A stretch of DNA of 64,000 nucleotides from Macrostomum hystrix (lineage: Eukaryota > Animalia > Platyhelminthes): assembly GCA_950097015.1 (NCBI GenBank), contig CATNEN010000038.1:34472001-34536000 (forward strand), in the 5' to 3' direction. Shown here piece by piece: positions 1-10,611 of this stretch. The position numbers and the translations under genes are program-made. Position 1 is the stretch's first letter. Every line of letters starts with the position of its first letter. The notes beneath the pieces were generated by a model that did not search any database, was not told where the DNA came from, and saw nothing but the letters and a program-made list of their open reading frames with translations.

Positions 1-635
1 ATGTCTAGCTAGCTACAAGCTATTTTCTCATTGTCAGCCTTTTTAAAATCTCAATTCCATGTGTGTTGTCATTATTCAAACACATTGATAACAATAAGCT
101 AGCTGTTAAGAAAAAAGTATTTATAGTTCATTATAGGCCTAATATGTGTCCAGTGTTTTTGTCCAATAACGAATAGACGCTTCAAAACTTTTATGTTAGT
201 AATAATGTCATATTAGCTTGTACTGTATTAGCTACAATATTACATATGCTACATGCATATTCTTACTCTAACTCATATGCATAAGCATGCTGTTAACTTT
301 TTAATGCTTATGCTTATTACTCATCTTAATTGATTTAATGAATATTGTGCTTTGTGAAAAATTTTTACATTGCACAATTTTTACACTTTTAGTTATGGCT
401 AATAGTTTTTCACACTAGTTTCTAGTCTAATTTAAATTTTGGGACTGAAATTATTCATCATAAAATATTTTTAATGTGGAGCAGGTAGATCATAATTGAT
501 CCTAACCATATCTATCTATTTTAAAACAGTGGCTAGGCCTAAAAGAAGTCATCCAAAAACTCTAAAAATGTTTGCAGTAAGCTAGAGTTAACACACCTGA
601 AGAAAGAACAGTTTACCTGCCACATCTAGGAGAAA

Positions 636-2056
636 ATGTCTCGCCCAATAGGCATGCCGGCAAACCATCAGCTGGAAGTGCCAGTCTATTTCTGCCGTCA
701 TGCTGAATCAACCTATAATGAGCATGGCGACTCGGCGCCAGATGTGCCCCTGTCTGAGCGGGGCAGGTCGCAAGCCGCCGCCCTCACAGGTCACTATCAT
801 CTGGTGCTCTGTTCGCCCATGCAACGGGCTAGACAGACTCTGCAGCTTAGCCGAATTACTTACGATAAAATGGTGGTAGGTTATGCATGTGAATCTTACA
901 CATTTATATTTTGATTGTTCCAGACTTTCGTTTTTTGCAGCTAGTACTGTCCCTGTTCTATCAAAAATACTTATACTTGTGTGTTGAATGTCTGTCAATT
1001 CACTCAGTACAGTATCAACAATACTGTCACTTGTCTATCAACAATACTGTCACTTGTCTATCAACAATACTGTCACTTGTCTATCAACAATACCCTCACT
1101 TGTCTATCAACAATACTGTCACTTGTCTATCAGCAATAATTTCACTTGTCTATCAACAATACCCTCAATTGTCTATCAACAATACTGTCACTTGTCTATC
1201 AACAATACTGTCACTTGTCTATCAACAATACTTTCACTTGTCTATCAACAATACCCTCACTTGTCTATCAACAATACTTTCACTTGTCTATCAACAATAC
1301 CCTCACTTGTCTATCAACAATACTGTCACTTGTCTATCAACAATACTGTCACTTGTCTATCAACAATACTGTCACTTGTCTATCAACAATACTGTCACTT
1401 GTCTATCAACAATACTGTCACTTGTCTGTCAACAATACTGTCACTTGTCTGTCAACAATACTGTCACTTGTCTATCAACAATACTGTCACTTGTCTATCA
1501 ACAATACTGTCACTTGTCTATCAACAATACTGTCACTTGTCTATCAACAATACTGTCACTTGTCTATCAACAATACTGTCACTTGTCTATCAACAATACT
1601 GTCACTTGTCTATCAACAATACTGTCATAGTCTGTTAGCAATACTCTTAGTATCTTAAGGTAGTATATCCAGAGTATTTCTCCAGGGCTCAAATATCTAT
1701 AATTTCTATCCTACATTAACCTGGCAACCATGCAGGTGGTTCCGGAGCTCCGTGAGGTTGTGTCAGTGAGCTCAGATCGCCTTGTTCATGAGGCTAATTG
1801 GCACGAGACAGGTAACGAAGCTCAGCAGAGGTGTGCTACTGTGCTCCAGCTGCTAGTTAAAGAATCAGCAGCTGCGGCAGCCGCAGGAGGCAATGCCAGG
1901 GTTCTGTTGGTGTCCCATTGTGTGTTTGGCAATCGGCTGTACTCTCACTGCAATGCTGGGGTGCCAGGCGCTGCTAAATGTCCCAAGTTTCGAAATGCCG
2001 TCATTGTACCGTTTCCTGTTGCTAAAGTTACTGATCGACGATCTGTCAAAGTCTGA
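636..2056 (+). CDS. Histidine phosphatase superfamily (PGM-like) protein, paralog 1; two exons 636-875 + 1736-2056, 186 aa
   Basis: Motifs YFCRHAES, SPMQRARQT, PELRE, LLVSH. Donor GTAGGT at 876 and acceptor TGCAG ending 1735 (phase 0) give YDKMVVVPELRE, which aligns without gaps to paralogs YGQLEIVPELRE and YDRLETVAELRE. Confidence 0.88.
1013..1628. repeat. 23-bp minisatellite (TATCAACAATACTGTCACTTGTC) inside the phosphatase intron
   Basis: About 27 tandem units; source of the spurious ORFs at 911-1658. Confidence 0.97.
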
Positions 2057-2379
2057 TTGATTCAAATCGTTTTTTACTGTACACAACATCCAGCTATTCT
2101 GTGATAATTTTATTTTCAAAATATGCCTTTAAAATAATTTATAATTTAGTATCATCTTTGAGTGTTATATGTATTTATTGCCTTAGCTTATTCAGATACA
2201 TATAGGTCCGCCTCTGATTGTCGTTGTTCTATTTTAGCTTTCTTATAAATATATTTCTAATTTCGATTATCCTTTTAAAAGCATCTGATTATGTACGATT
2301 ACTTTTATATCACTACTTTTACTTGTATCGCATAGAGGAGTGACAAACTATCTTTCGGAATACTTAATCCCATTCTAAA

Positions 2380-4508
2380 TGAATCTGTTTAAGGACTAAC
2401 TCATCAATCAACCAGTTCATTCACTCCATTCAGCCAGTTCAGTCACTCCACTCAGCCAGTTCAGTCACTCCACTCAGCCAGTTCATTCACTCCCCTCAGC
2501 CAGTTCATTCACTCCACTCAGCCAGTTCATTCACTCCACTCAGCCAGTTCATTCACTCCCCTCAGCCAGTTCATTCACTCCACTCAGCCAGTTTATTCAC
2601 TCCCCTCAGCCAGTTCATTCACTCCCCTCAGCCAGTTCATTCACTCCCCTCAGCCAGTTTATTCACTCCACTCAGCCAGTTCATTCACTCCCATCAGCCA
2701 GTTCAGTCACTCCCCTCAGCCAGTTTATTCACTCCACTCAGCCAGTTCATTTAATCCCATTTGCCAGTTCATTTAATCCCATCAGCCAGTTCATTTACTC
2801 CCATCAGCCAGTTCATTCACTCCCCTCAGCCAGTTCATTCACTCCCCTCAGCCAGTTCATTCACTCCCCTCAGCCAGTTTATTCACTCCACTCAGCCAGT
2901 TCATTCACTCCCATCAGCCAGTTCAGTCACTCCCCTCAGCCAGTTTATTCACTCCACTCAGCCAGTTTATTCACTCCCCTCAGCCAGTTCATTCACTCCC
3001 CTCAGCCAGTGGTTCATTCACTCCCCTCAGCCAGTGCTTCATTCACTCCCCTCAGCCAGTGCTTCATTCACTCCCCTCAGCCAGTGCTTCATTCACTCCC
3101 CTCAGCCAGTGCTTCATTCACTCCTTTCAGCCAGTTCATTCACTCCCCTCAGCCAGTTCATTCACTCCCCTCAGCCAGTTCATTCACTCCCATCAGCCAG
3201 TTCAGTCACTCCCCTCAGCCAGTTCATTCACCCCCCTCAGCCAGTTCATTCACTACCCTCAGCCAGTTCATTCACTCCCATCAGCCAGTTCAGTCACTCC
3301 CATCAGCCAGTTCAGTCACTCCCTCAGCCAGTTCATTCACCCCCCTCAGCCAGTTCATTCACTCCCCTCAGCCAGTGGTTCCTGTTGCTAGCCCCTATCT
3401 TCGCAGCCTAGCAGCAATTGATTATTCCTGCTGCCATTATCCGCAGCATGTCGGTGAATGTCGCCAAAACCGGCCCTGCTGAATCCCTGCTGAATCTGTT
3501 TAAGGACTAACTCATCAATCAACCAGTTCATTCACTCCATTCAGCCAGTTCAGTCACTCCACTCAGCCAGTTCAGTCACTCCACTCAGCCAGTTCATTCA
3601 CTCCCCTCAGCCAGTTCATTCACTCCACTCAGCCAGTTCATTCACTCCCCTCAGCCAGTTCATTCACTCCCCTCAGCCAGTTCATTCACTCCCCTCAGCC
3701 AGTTTATTCACTCCACTCAGCCAGTTCATTCACTCCCATCAGCCAGTTCAGTCACTCCCCTCAGCCAGTTTATTCACTCCACTCAGCCAGTTCATTTAAT
3801 CCCATTTGCCAGTTCATTTAATCCCATCAGCCAGTTCATTTACTCCCATCAGCCAGTTCATTCACTCCCCTCAGCCAGTTCATTCACTCCCCTCAGCCAG
3901 TTCATTCACTCCCCTCAGCCAGTTTATTCACTCCACTCAGCCAGTTCATTCACTCCCATCAGCCAGTTCAGTCACTCCCCTCAGCCAGTTTATTCACTCC
4001 ACTCAGCCAGTTTATTCACTCCCCTCAGCCAGTTCATTCACTCCCCTCAGCCAGTGGTTCATTCACTCCCCTCAGCCAGTGCTTCATTCACTCCCCTCAG
4101 CCAGTGCTTCATTCACTCCCCTCAGCCAGTGCTTCATTCACTCCCCTCAGCCAGTGCTTCATTCACTCCTTTCAGCCAGTTCATTCACTCCCCTCAGCCA
4201 GTTCATTCACTCCCCTCAGCCAGTTCATTCACTCCCATCAGCCAGTTCAGTCACTCCCCTCAGCCAGTTCATTCACCCCCCTCAGCCAGTTCATTCACTA
4301 CCCTCAGCCAGTTCATTCACTCCCATCAGCCAGTTCAGTCACTCCCTCAGCCAGTTCATTCACCCCCCTCAGCCAGTTCATTCACTCCCCTCAGCCAGTG
4401 GTTCCTGTTGCTAGCCCCTATCTTCGCAGCCTAGCAGCAATTGATTATTCCTGCTGCCATTATCCGCAGCATGTCGGTGAATGTCGCCAAAACCGGCCCT
4501 GCTGAATC
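2380..4508 (+). repeat. ~1.1-kb tandem duplication containing a 22-bp minisatellite (CAGCCAGTTCATTCACTCCCCT) and the first codons of phosphatase paralog 2
   Basis: TGAATCTGTTTAAGGACTAAC begins at both 2380 and 3491. The unique tail ending ATGTCGGTGAATGTCGCCAAAACCGGCCCTGCTGAATCC occurs at ~3375-3486 and ~4398-4509. Confidence 0.92.
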
Positions 4509-4992
4509 CAGTGTCGCTTTCTTTTGTCGCCACGCCGAGTCGCGTCACAATGCCTTCGGCGACAACAGCGTCGACGTGAACTTGTCAGAGCGCGGCGAGG
4601 CCCAGGCTCGCAACCTGACTGGCCAATTCGACCTCGTCCTCTGCTCGCCGATGCGTCGTGCCCGGCGGACCCTGGAGCTGAGCGGCATTCGCTACGGCCA
4701 GCTAGAGATTGTGCCGGAGCTGCGAGAATGGATCTTCGACTTGTCCGACCAGTTGTCCGGCGAACCGGCCAATCTGCGCGAATCGCCAAGCGACATTGAG
4801 CGACGCTGTCAGATTGTGAGAGAGCGACTGCGCAGCGAGCTGCTCACCGAGCCGTCGCGCCGCATCTTGATGGTCTCGCACGCCGCCTTTGGCCGCGAAC
4901 TTTTTCGCGTCTGCGGCTGCAGCCGACCTGTTGGCGGCCTGGCCAATGCGGTTATCTATCCCTTCGATTTTAATCCAAATCCCTCTGATTAA
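4471..4992 (+). CDS. Histidine phosphatase superfamily protein, paralog 2 (intronless, 173 aa)
   Basis: ATG at 4471; FFCRHAES, SPMRRARRT, PELRE, LMVSH motifs. Confidence 0.9.
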   Translation: MSVNVAKTGPAESSVAFFCRHAESRHNAFGDNSVDVNLSERGEAQARNLTGQFDLVLCSPMRRARRTLELSGIRYGQLEIVPELREWIFDLSDQLSGEPANLRESPSDIERRCQIVRERLRSELLTEPSRRILMVSHAAFGRELFRVCGCSRPVGGLANAVIYPFDFNPNPSD

Positions 4993-5404
4993 CGAGAATC
5001 TATTTTAATATCACAAAAACAAATAGTAGAGTCACCGCAGTACTACGAGTATGTATTCCCTGCTTGTCCGCCTACGCAATCTATGTCTTAAAGCATATTA
5101 ATTTATTTGCCGGAGATTGTGCAAGATTGCCCGGGGCGGATAAACGGAACGTTTACCAATTACCATAGACAACTCACAGACGTCTGGGGGGAATAAAAAT
5201 AACGTAGCTCAATGCTAGCCATAGCTCACACAGCCTTTACAGCCTTACACGCCTAGTGTACACTTTTTACCACAGACGCTTCTTCTTCACAGGTCTGCTT
5301 TTTACCATAGACAATGGACAGATTAAGAGAGAGAAAGAGTCAGAGTTTATACACAGAGCGGACAAGTGCAATCAAAGTTGGCGGGCAAACGGGGAATACA
5401 TACC

Positions 5405-5539
5405 ATATTTCCCATTTATTTCGGCTGTCTAGGGTGGAAAGGCACTCGGTGCGACATTCAATGACCTGGGCTTCGCCTCGGTCAATAAATTTGCGCCTCG
5501 TGCCTTCCACCCTAGGGAGCCGAAATAGATGGGAAATAT
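5405..5539. repeat. 135-bp imperfect palindrome/hairpin centred on GGC-TTC-GCC; possible non-autonomous foldback (Crypton-like) element
   Basis: Left arm ATATTTCCCATTTATTTCGGCTGTCTAGGGTGGAAAGGCAC... pairs with ...GTGCCTTCCACCCTAGGGAGCCGAAATAGATGGGAAATAT. The palindrome is certain; the family assignment is tentative. Confidence 0.7.
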
Positions 5540-5662
5540 ATATTTACTTTCTGAGGTTTATTAACTTCAGAAACAAAATTACTTTCTACTCAGAGTAGCA
5601 AAATCAGCAGATTTTACTCGTTTTTATCACGTTCCATTAGATTCGTAGTCTATTAAAACGGA

Positions 5663-5734
5663 TGGCTGGCTGAGAGTTCTAAAGCGTTTGACTCTCGCAC
5701 AAGGGATCCTGAGCTCGATTCCGGGACGAGCCCA
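5663..5734 (+). mobile_element. Diverged tRNA-derived SINE head fragment
   Basis: TGGCTGAGAGTTCTAAAGCGTTTGACTCTCGCACAAGGGATCCTGAGCTCGATTCCG resembles the SINE head at 43280; no SINE body follows. Confidence 0.55.
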
Positions 5735-6106
5735 AAATTCACACCAACATGGATCTATCGTTCAGATCATTTATGTAAAGACTTCACTTAAGATTGTAGA
5801 ACGAACTCTACTACCAAACGCGATGACACAGCGACTTTTATATTTTATTTTATTTATAAAATCGATAGCAGACTCCACGCATGCACATTGGATAGAAGGT
5901 TTAAAAGCACGTACATCAACACACGTACATTCCAAAATTGGATACGTGCCGGGCAGGTGCACAACACACCTGCCTTAGCCAGCCGCAAACAGAGCCACGT
6001 CACCACATCCCTCCCCACCAAAACAGGAACCGGGGGGAGATGGCAAGCAAGGTAAATTATCAAGGAAAGCAAAAGTCATGGCAAAAGTAACAGCTCAGTC
6101 AGTCGG

Positions 6107-7603
6107 TCAAAAATAGCTCAGTCTGTCCGGTGTAGCTCGCTGCCTGGTTGACCGTCGAATCGGCACCGGGTCGCCCGTGTCTGCGGTGTCGCTGGCGACC
6201 GCAGCTGCCGCAGCCGATGTCTGGGTTTCCGCTGCCGCCGGTTCCGCGACAGGCTCGGCTTCCGACTCCTGGGCCGCAGCGGCTGGCGCGGTTGGCAGCG
6301 GCTTGCGCAGCTGATCGATGTGGCGCTGAGCCTGCCGGCCGTCGTCGAACTGGCACGAGAAAGACGCCGCTCCGGAGCTGGCAGTCACCACTGCCGGCTT
6401 CCATCTGCCATCGGCCGCGAAATCTCTCGCCACCACAGCATCGCCTACCTCGATGTGGCGATCACGGGCGTTGGCGTCGTGTTGCTGTTTCTGTATCGCT
6501 TGCTGGAGAGCCACCCTCGCTGGAAGATCCGGCCGCACTCGATCGAGTAGGGACCGCAGCCGCCTTCCCATCAGCAGTTCACACGGCGGGGCGCCAGTCG
6601 TGGCGTGAGGCGTCACGCGGTAGGTCAGTAGGAAGCGCGCCACCCGGCCCTCCAGCGAGCCGCTCTTCTGCTTCGCCAGCGACTTCTTTAGCGTTTGGAC
6701 CGCTCGCTCCGCCTGCCCGTTAGACGCCGGGTGGTAGGGCGCGGTCCGCACGTGCCGGATGCCGTTCTGCTGCAGGAACTTCTCCATCTCCTCGCTGACC
6801 AGGTTGGGGCCGTTGTCCGTCACGATGATGTCTGGCAGCCCATGAGTGCAGAAGCTCTCCCGCAGCCTCTGGATGGTCGCCGCCGAAGTTGTGGACGTCA
6901 TGACATGCACGTCCATCCACTTGGAGTGGGCATCGACTACCACCAGCAGCATCTTGCCCTCGACTGGGCCTGCAAAATCAATATGGAGGCGCGACCACGG
7001 CCTGTCCGGCCACGCCCATGGGTGCAGCGGAACCGGTGCCGGTGACTTCTGCAGCTCTCGACAGTCCGCGCAGTCACTGGCAAGCTGCTCGATCGCCTCA
7101 TCCAACTTGGGCCACCAAAAGAAACTTCGAGCGAGCGCCTTCATTCTGGACGCACCCTGGTGTCCTTGGTGCAGACACTGTAGCAGCGCAGACCGGCCGG
7201 CGTGCGGCACCACGACTCGAGTACCCCAGAGCAGACAGCCGTCCTGCACGCTGAGCTGGTCGCGTCGGGATCGATACGGCTGCAGTTCTGGGCTCGTCTG
7301 CTCCGGCCAGCAGCCGCATTCGGTGAAGTGCAGCGCTCTGGAAAGGACCGGGTCCTTCCGGGTCCAGACTCGAATGTCTCCGGCTGTGACCGGTCCTTCG
7401 TCCAGCATGTCCATGACGAGAACCACGTCTGCTGGTACTGGTGCGTCCCGCGGTCTCTCGGGAAGCGGCAGCCGGCTCAGCGCGTCCGCTCGCAGCAGCG
7501 ATCGGCCGGACCGGTGCTCCATCGTGTAACTGTAGGCGGACAGGAGAAGCGCCCACCGCTGGATAGTAATAGTGTAACTGTAGGCGGACAGGAGAAGCGC
7601 CCA
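6107..7603 (-). pseudogene. pol remnant: RNase H C-terminal tail plus complete integrase, out of frame with gag
   Basis: RWALLLSAYSY and ADALSRLP (RNase H end); HQGH...CADC zinc finger; HIDFAGP, TDNG, NGQAER catalytic DDE. Confidence 0.88.
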
Positions 7604-8355
7604 TGCGTCTCTTCCTCTTCCAGCTCGACCTCCCTGACGGCCTGATCGCCCCGACGATTTGTGGTAGCCGGCGACTTGCAGGCAGCAGCCGCGTGGCCCA
7701 GCTTCGAGCAATTGAAGCATTTTTTGTCAACGAAGGGGCACTTGGCAGCCGCGTGCCGCTGCGAGAGACACCGAAAACAGCGCTTAGCGACCGGCTGCTT
7801 GGCGATTTGGAAGGCCTCCTGGCTGGCCGAAGATTTGGTCACCATCAGGTTCCCTTCGGCTGCTGAAGCTTCGGCCTGGGCTCGAGACAGTGCGGTGTCG
7901 AGCGTAAGCTTCCGCTCTGACAGCAGCCTCCGCTGGATGTTGTCGTCGTTGATGCCAAGCACGAACCTGTCCCTGAGCATGCTGTCCAGGCTGCTGCCAA
8001 AGTTGCAGTCCCTGGCCAGTCTGCGAAGGTCGGCGAGGAAGTCAGCAATTGACTCGCCGGCACGGCGACTTCGGGTGTAGAAACGGAAGCGCAGAACGAT
8101 CTCGGGTGGCTCGGGGTCGAAGTGATTCTTCAGCGTTTCGCAGATGTCTGCATAGCTGCTTGCAGCCGGAGTACCAGGAGCTAGCAGGCTGGCTATTAGC
8201 TGGTAAGTCTTCTTGCCGCAGACACTGAGGAGAACGGCGCGCTTTTTCTCATCTTTGATATCATTGGCCTCGAAAAACTGCTCCAGTCTTTCCTGGTACT
8301 GCTGCCATTTTTCTGTCCCCTCTTCAAAGGGTTCAATAGAGCCAACTAGGCTCAT
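7477..8355 (-). CDS. gag: Gag with two CCHC zinc knuckles; runs into out-of-frame sequence after the deletion junction
   Basis: MSLVGSIEPFEEG..., LRDRFVLG, CFRCLSQRHAAAKC and CFNCSKLGHAAAAC; homologous to the N-terminus of the 36812 polyprotein. Confidence 0.85.
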   Translation of the reverse strand: MSLVGSIEPFEEGTEKWQQYQERLEQFFEANDIKDEKKRAVLLSVCGKKTYQLIASLLAPGTPAASSYADICETLKNHFDPEPPEIVLRFRFYTRSRRAGESIADFLADLRRLARDCNFGSSLDSMLRDRFVLGINDDNIQRRLLSERKLTLDTALSRAQAEASAAEGNLMVTKSSASQEAFQIAKQPVAKRCFRCLSQRHAAAKCPFVDKKCFNCSKLGHAAAACKSPATTNRRGDQAVREVELEEEETHGRFSCPPTVTLLLSSGGRFSCPPTVTRWSTGPADRCCERTR

Positions 8356-8905
8356 TTCTCGTCGCCACTGTAAAGACTTCACTTAAGATTGTAGAACGAA
8401 CTCTACTACCAAACGCGATGACACAGCGACTTTTATATTTTATTTTATTTATAAAATCGATAGCAGACTCCACGCATGCACATTGGATAGAAGGTTTAAA
8501 AGCACGTACATCAACACACGTACATTCCAAAATTGGATACGTGCCGGGCAGGTGCACAACACACCTGCCTTAGCCAGCCGCAAACAGAGCCACGTCACCA
8601 CAATTTATCTGATATTTTTATGCGACTAATTCATGTTTATAACGTGCAATAATGAAGCAAAATTGTATATCTTAAAGATGTTAACTGCAACAATTGCTAT
8701 GCACAGTTGCTCTTCCTTAGCCAAAATAAAAAATCCGATGTCTTTTTAAACGACTTTGTCTTTTAAACAATTTTTACAATGCACTATTGAATGAATATTC
8801 TACTTTTGTCTATTTGATTGGGATGTCTAATTGCTAAATAAATCGTGATATCTTGAAATTGTATTTTCTTTGTATATCCATTGACTTTTCGCGACGCTAG
8901 GATCG

Positions 8906-9735
8906 AACTAGAATCGCAGCCAGGAGTCACACCTAGAATCGCAGCAGCAGGAGTCACAACTAGAATCGCAGCTAGGAGTCAGAACTAGAATCGCAGCTAG
9001 GAGTCAGACCTAGAATCGCAGCAGCAGGAGTCACAACTGGAATCGCAGCAAGGAGTCAGAACTAGAATCGCAGCAGGAGTCAGAACTAGAATCGCAGCAG
9101 GAGTCACACCTGGAATCGCAGCAGGAGTCACACCTAGAATCGCAGCTAGGAGTCACAACTAGAATCCCAGCTTGGAGTCACAGCTAGAATCGCAGCAGGA
9201 GTCACACCTAGAATCGCAGCAGCAGGAGTCACAACTAGAATCGCAGCTAGGAGTCAGAACTAGAATCGCAGCTAGGAGTCAGACCTAGAATCGCAGCAGC
9301 AGGAGTCACAACTGGAATCGCAGCAAGGAGTCAGAACTAGAATCGCAGCAGGAGTCAGAACTAGAATCGCAGCAGGAGTCACACCTGGAATCGCAGCAGG
9401 AGTCACACCTAGAATCGCAGCTAGGAGTCACAACTAGAATCCCAGCTTGGAGTCACAGCTAGAATCGCAGCAGGAGTCACACCTAGAATCGCAGCAGAAG
9501 TCAGAACTAGAATCGCAGCAGGAGTCAGAACTAGAATCGCAGCAGGAGTCACACCTGGAATCGCAGCAGGAGTCACACCTAGAATCGCAGCTAGGAGTCA
9601 CAACTAGAATCCCAGCTTGGAGTCACAGCTAGAATCGCAGCAGGAGTCACACCTAGAATCGCAGCAGAAGTCACAACTAGAATCGCAGCAGGAGTCACAA
9701 ATAGTCACAACTAGAATCGCAGTCACAACTAGGAG
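8906..9735. repeat. ~24-bp minisatellite (CTAGAATCGCAGCAGGAGTCACAC) with ~275-bp higher-order period
   Basis: Tandem units; the variant pattern starting at 8941 recurs at 9216. Confidence 0.95.
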
Positions 9736-9813
9736 TCACAGCAGGATCATAAACCTAATAAAAATCGTATTAAACCACTGATTACCAGGCACCCAAGAAA
9801 AACTAGCTATACC

Positions 9814-10341
9814 ATGAGCAAAAGTGCAAAAGCAGCATCAGCAGCGGCAGCAGCCTCACCGAGGGTGTACTTCTGTCGTCACGCCCAGTCCACATTTAAC
9901 TCTCGAGGCGACAACTCGCCGGACGTGCCGCTGTCAGAGGCTGGTGAGGCCCAAGCTCGCGCCCTGACCGGTCACTTTGACCTGGTGCTCTCCTCTCCAA
10001 TGCGCCGCGCCGTGCAGACACTGAAGCTGAGCCAGATCACCTACGATCGATTGGAGACTGTGGCGGAGCTGCGCGAACAGATGAACGAAGGCAGCGACCT
10101 GCTTGTTGGCGAGGGTGACGATTGTCTTGGCGAATCAGACGCCAGCCTAATGAAGCGAGTCAAGCAGGTGCAAAGTCGGCTGCTGAGCGAGCTGTCAGGC
10201 CGTGTGGTGGATTCTGACACCTTTCGCATCCTGCTGGTGTCGCACCTCTTCACCGGGCAGGCGCTGTTCCAACTCTGCGGCGGAGTCCGGCGAGTGCCGG
10301 ATTTGCGCAATGCTACCATTGTGCCAGTGCCTGGCTTTTAA
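9814..10341 (+). CDS. Histidine phosphatase superfamily protein, paralog 3 (intronless, 175 aa)
   Basis: VYFCRHAQS, SPMRRAVQT, AELRE, LLVSH; AATAAA at ~10428. Confidence 0.9.
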   Translation: MSKSAKAASAAAAASPRVYFCRHAQSTFNSRGDNSPDVPLSEAGEAQARALTGHFDLVLSSPMRRAVQTLKLSQITYDRLETVAELREQMNEGSDLLVGEGDDCLGESDASLMKRVKQVQSRLLSELSGRVVDSDTFRILLVSHLFTGQALFQLCGGVRRVPDLRNATIVPVPGF

Positions 10342-10611
10342 TTGTAGCTCTACTCAACTTTGAGCACACGCGCAAAATATATAGTTTGACGTTACCATTT
10401 TATTAGGGTTATATAAAATAATTTCTTAATAAAACATTTATTTGGCCTATGCCAAACTTTTTAGCAATGAACGCTAAAGTTCCGTTTGGAGTTTCGTTTC
10501 TGAAATGAATAGCTAACTTGCAACGAGCCTACTTACAGTAGTGCATATAAAAGTAACAGATATTTGTTCCTTTGTACTCGTAAATGATACTCCAAGGAAT
10601 TTTAATTCCAG

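Larger units (their letters stand above)
5774..8602 (-). mobile_element. Internally deleted, non-autonomous Ty3/gypsy (Mag-like) LTR retrotransposon
   Basis: Identical 234-bp TG...CA LTRs at 5774-6007 and 8369-8602; 5-bp TSD ATTTA (5769-5773, 8603-8607); PBS TGGCGACGAG at 8367-8358; polypurine tract GGGGAGGGA next to 6007; gag and integrase present, protease/RT/most of RNase H absent. Confidence 0.96.
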
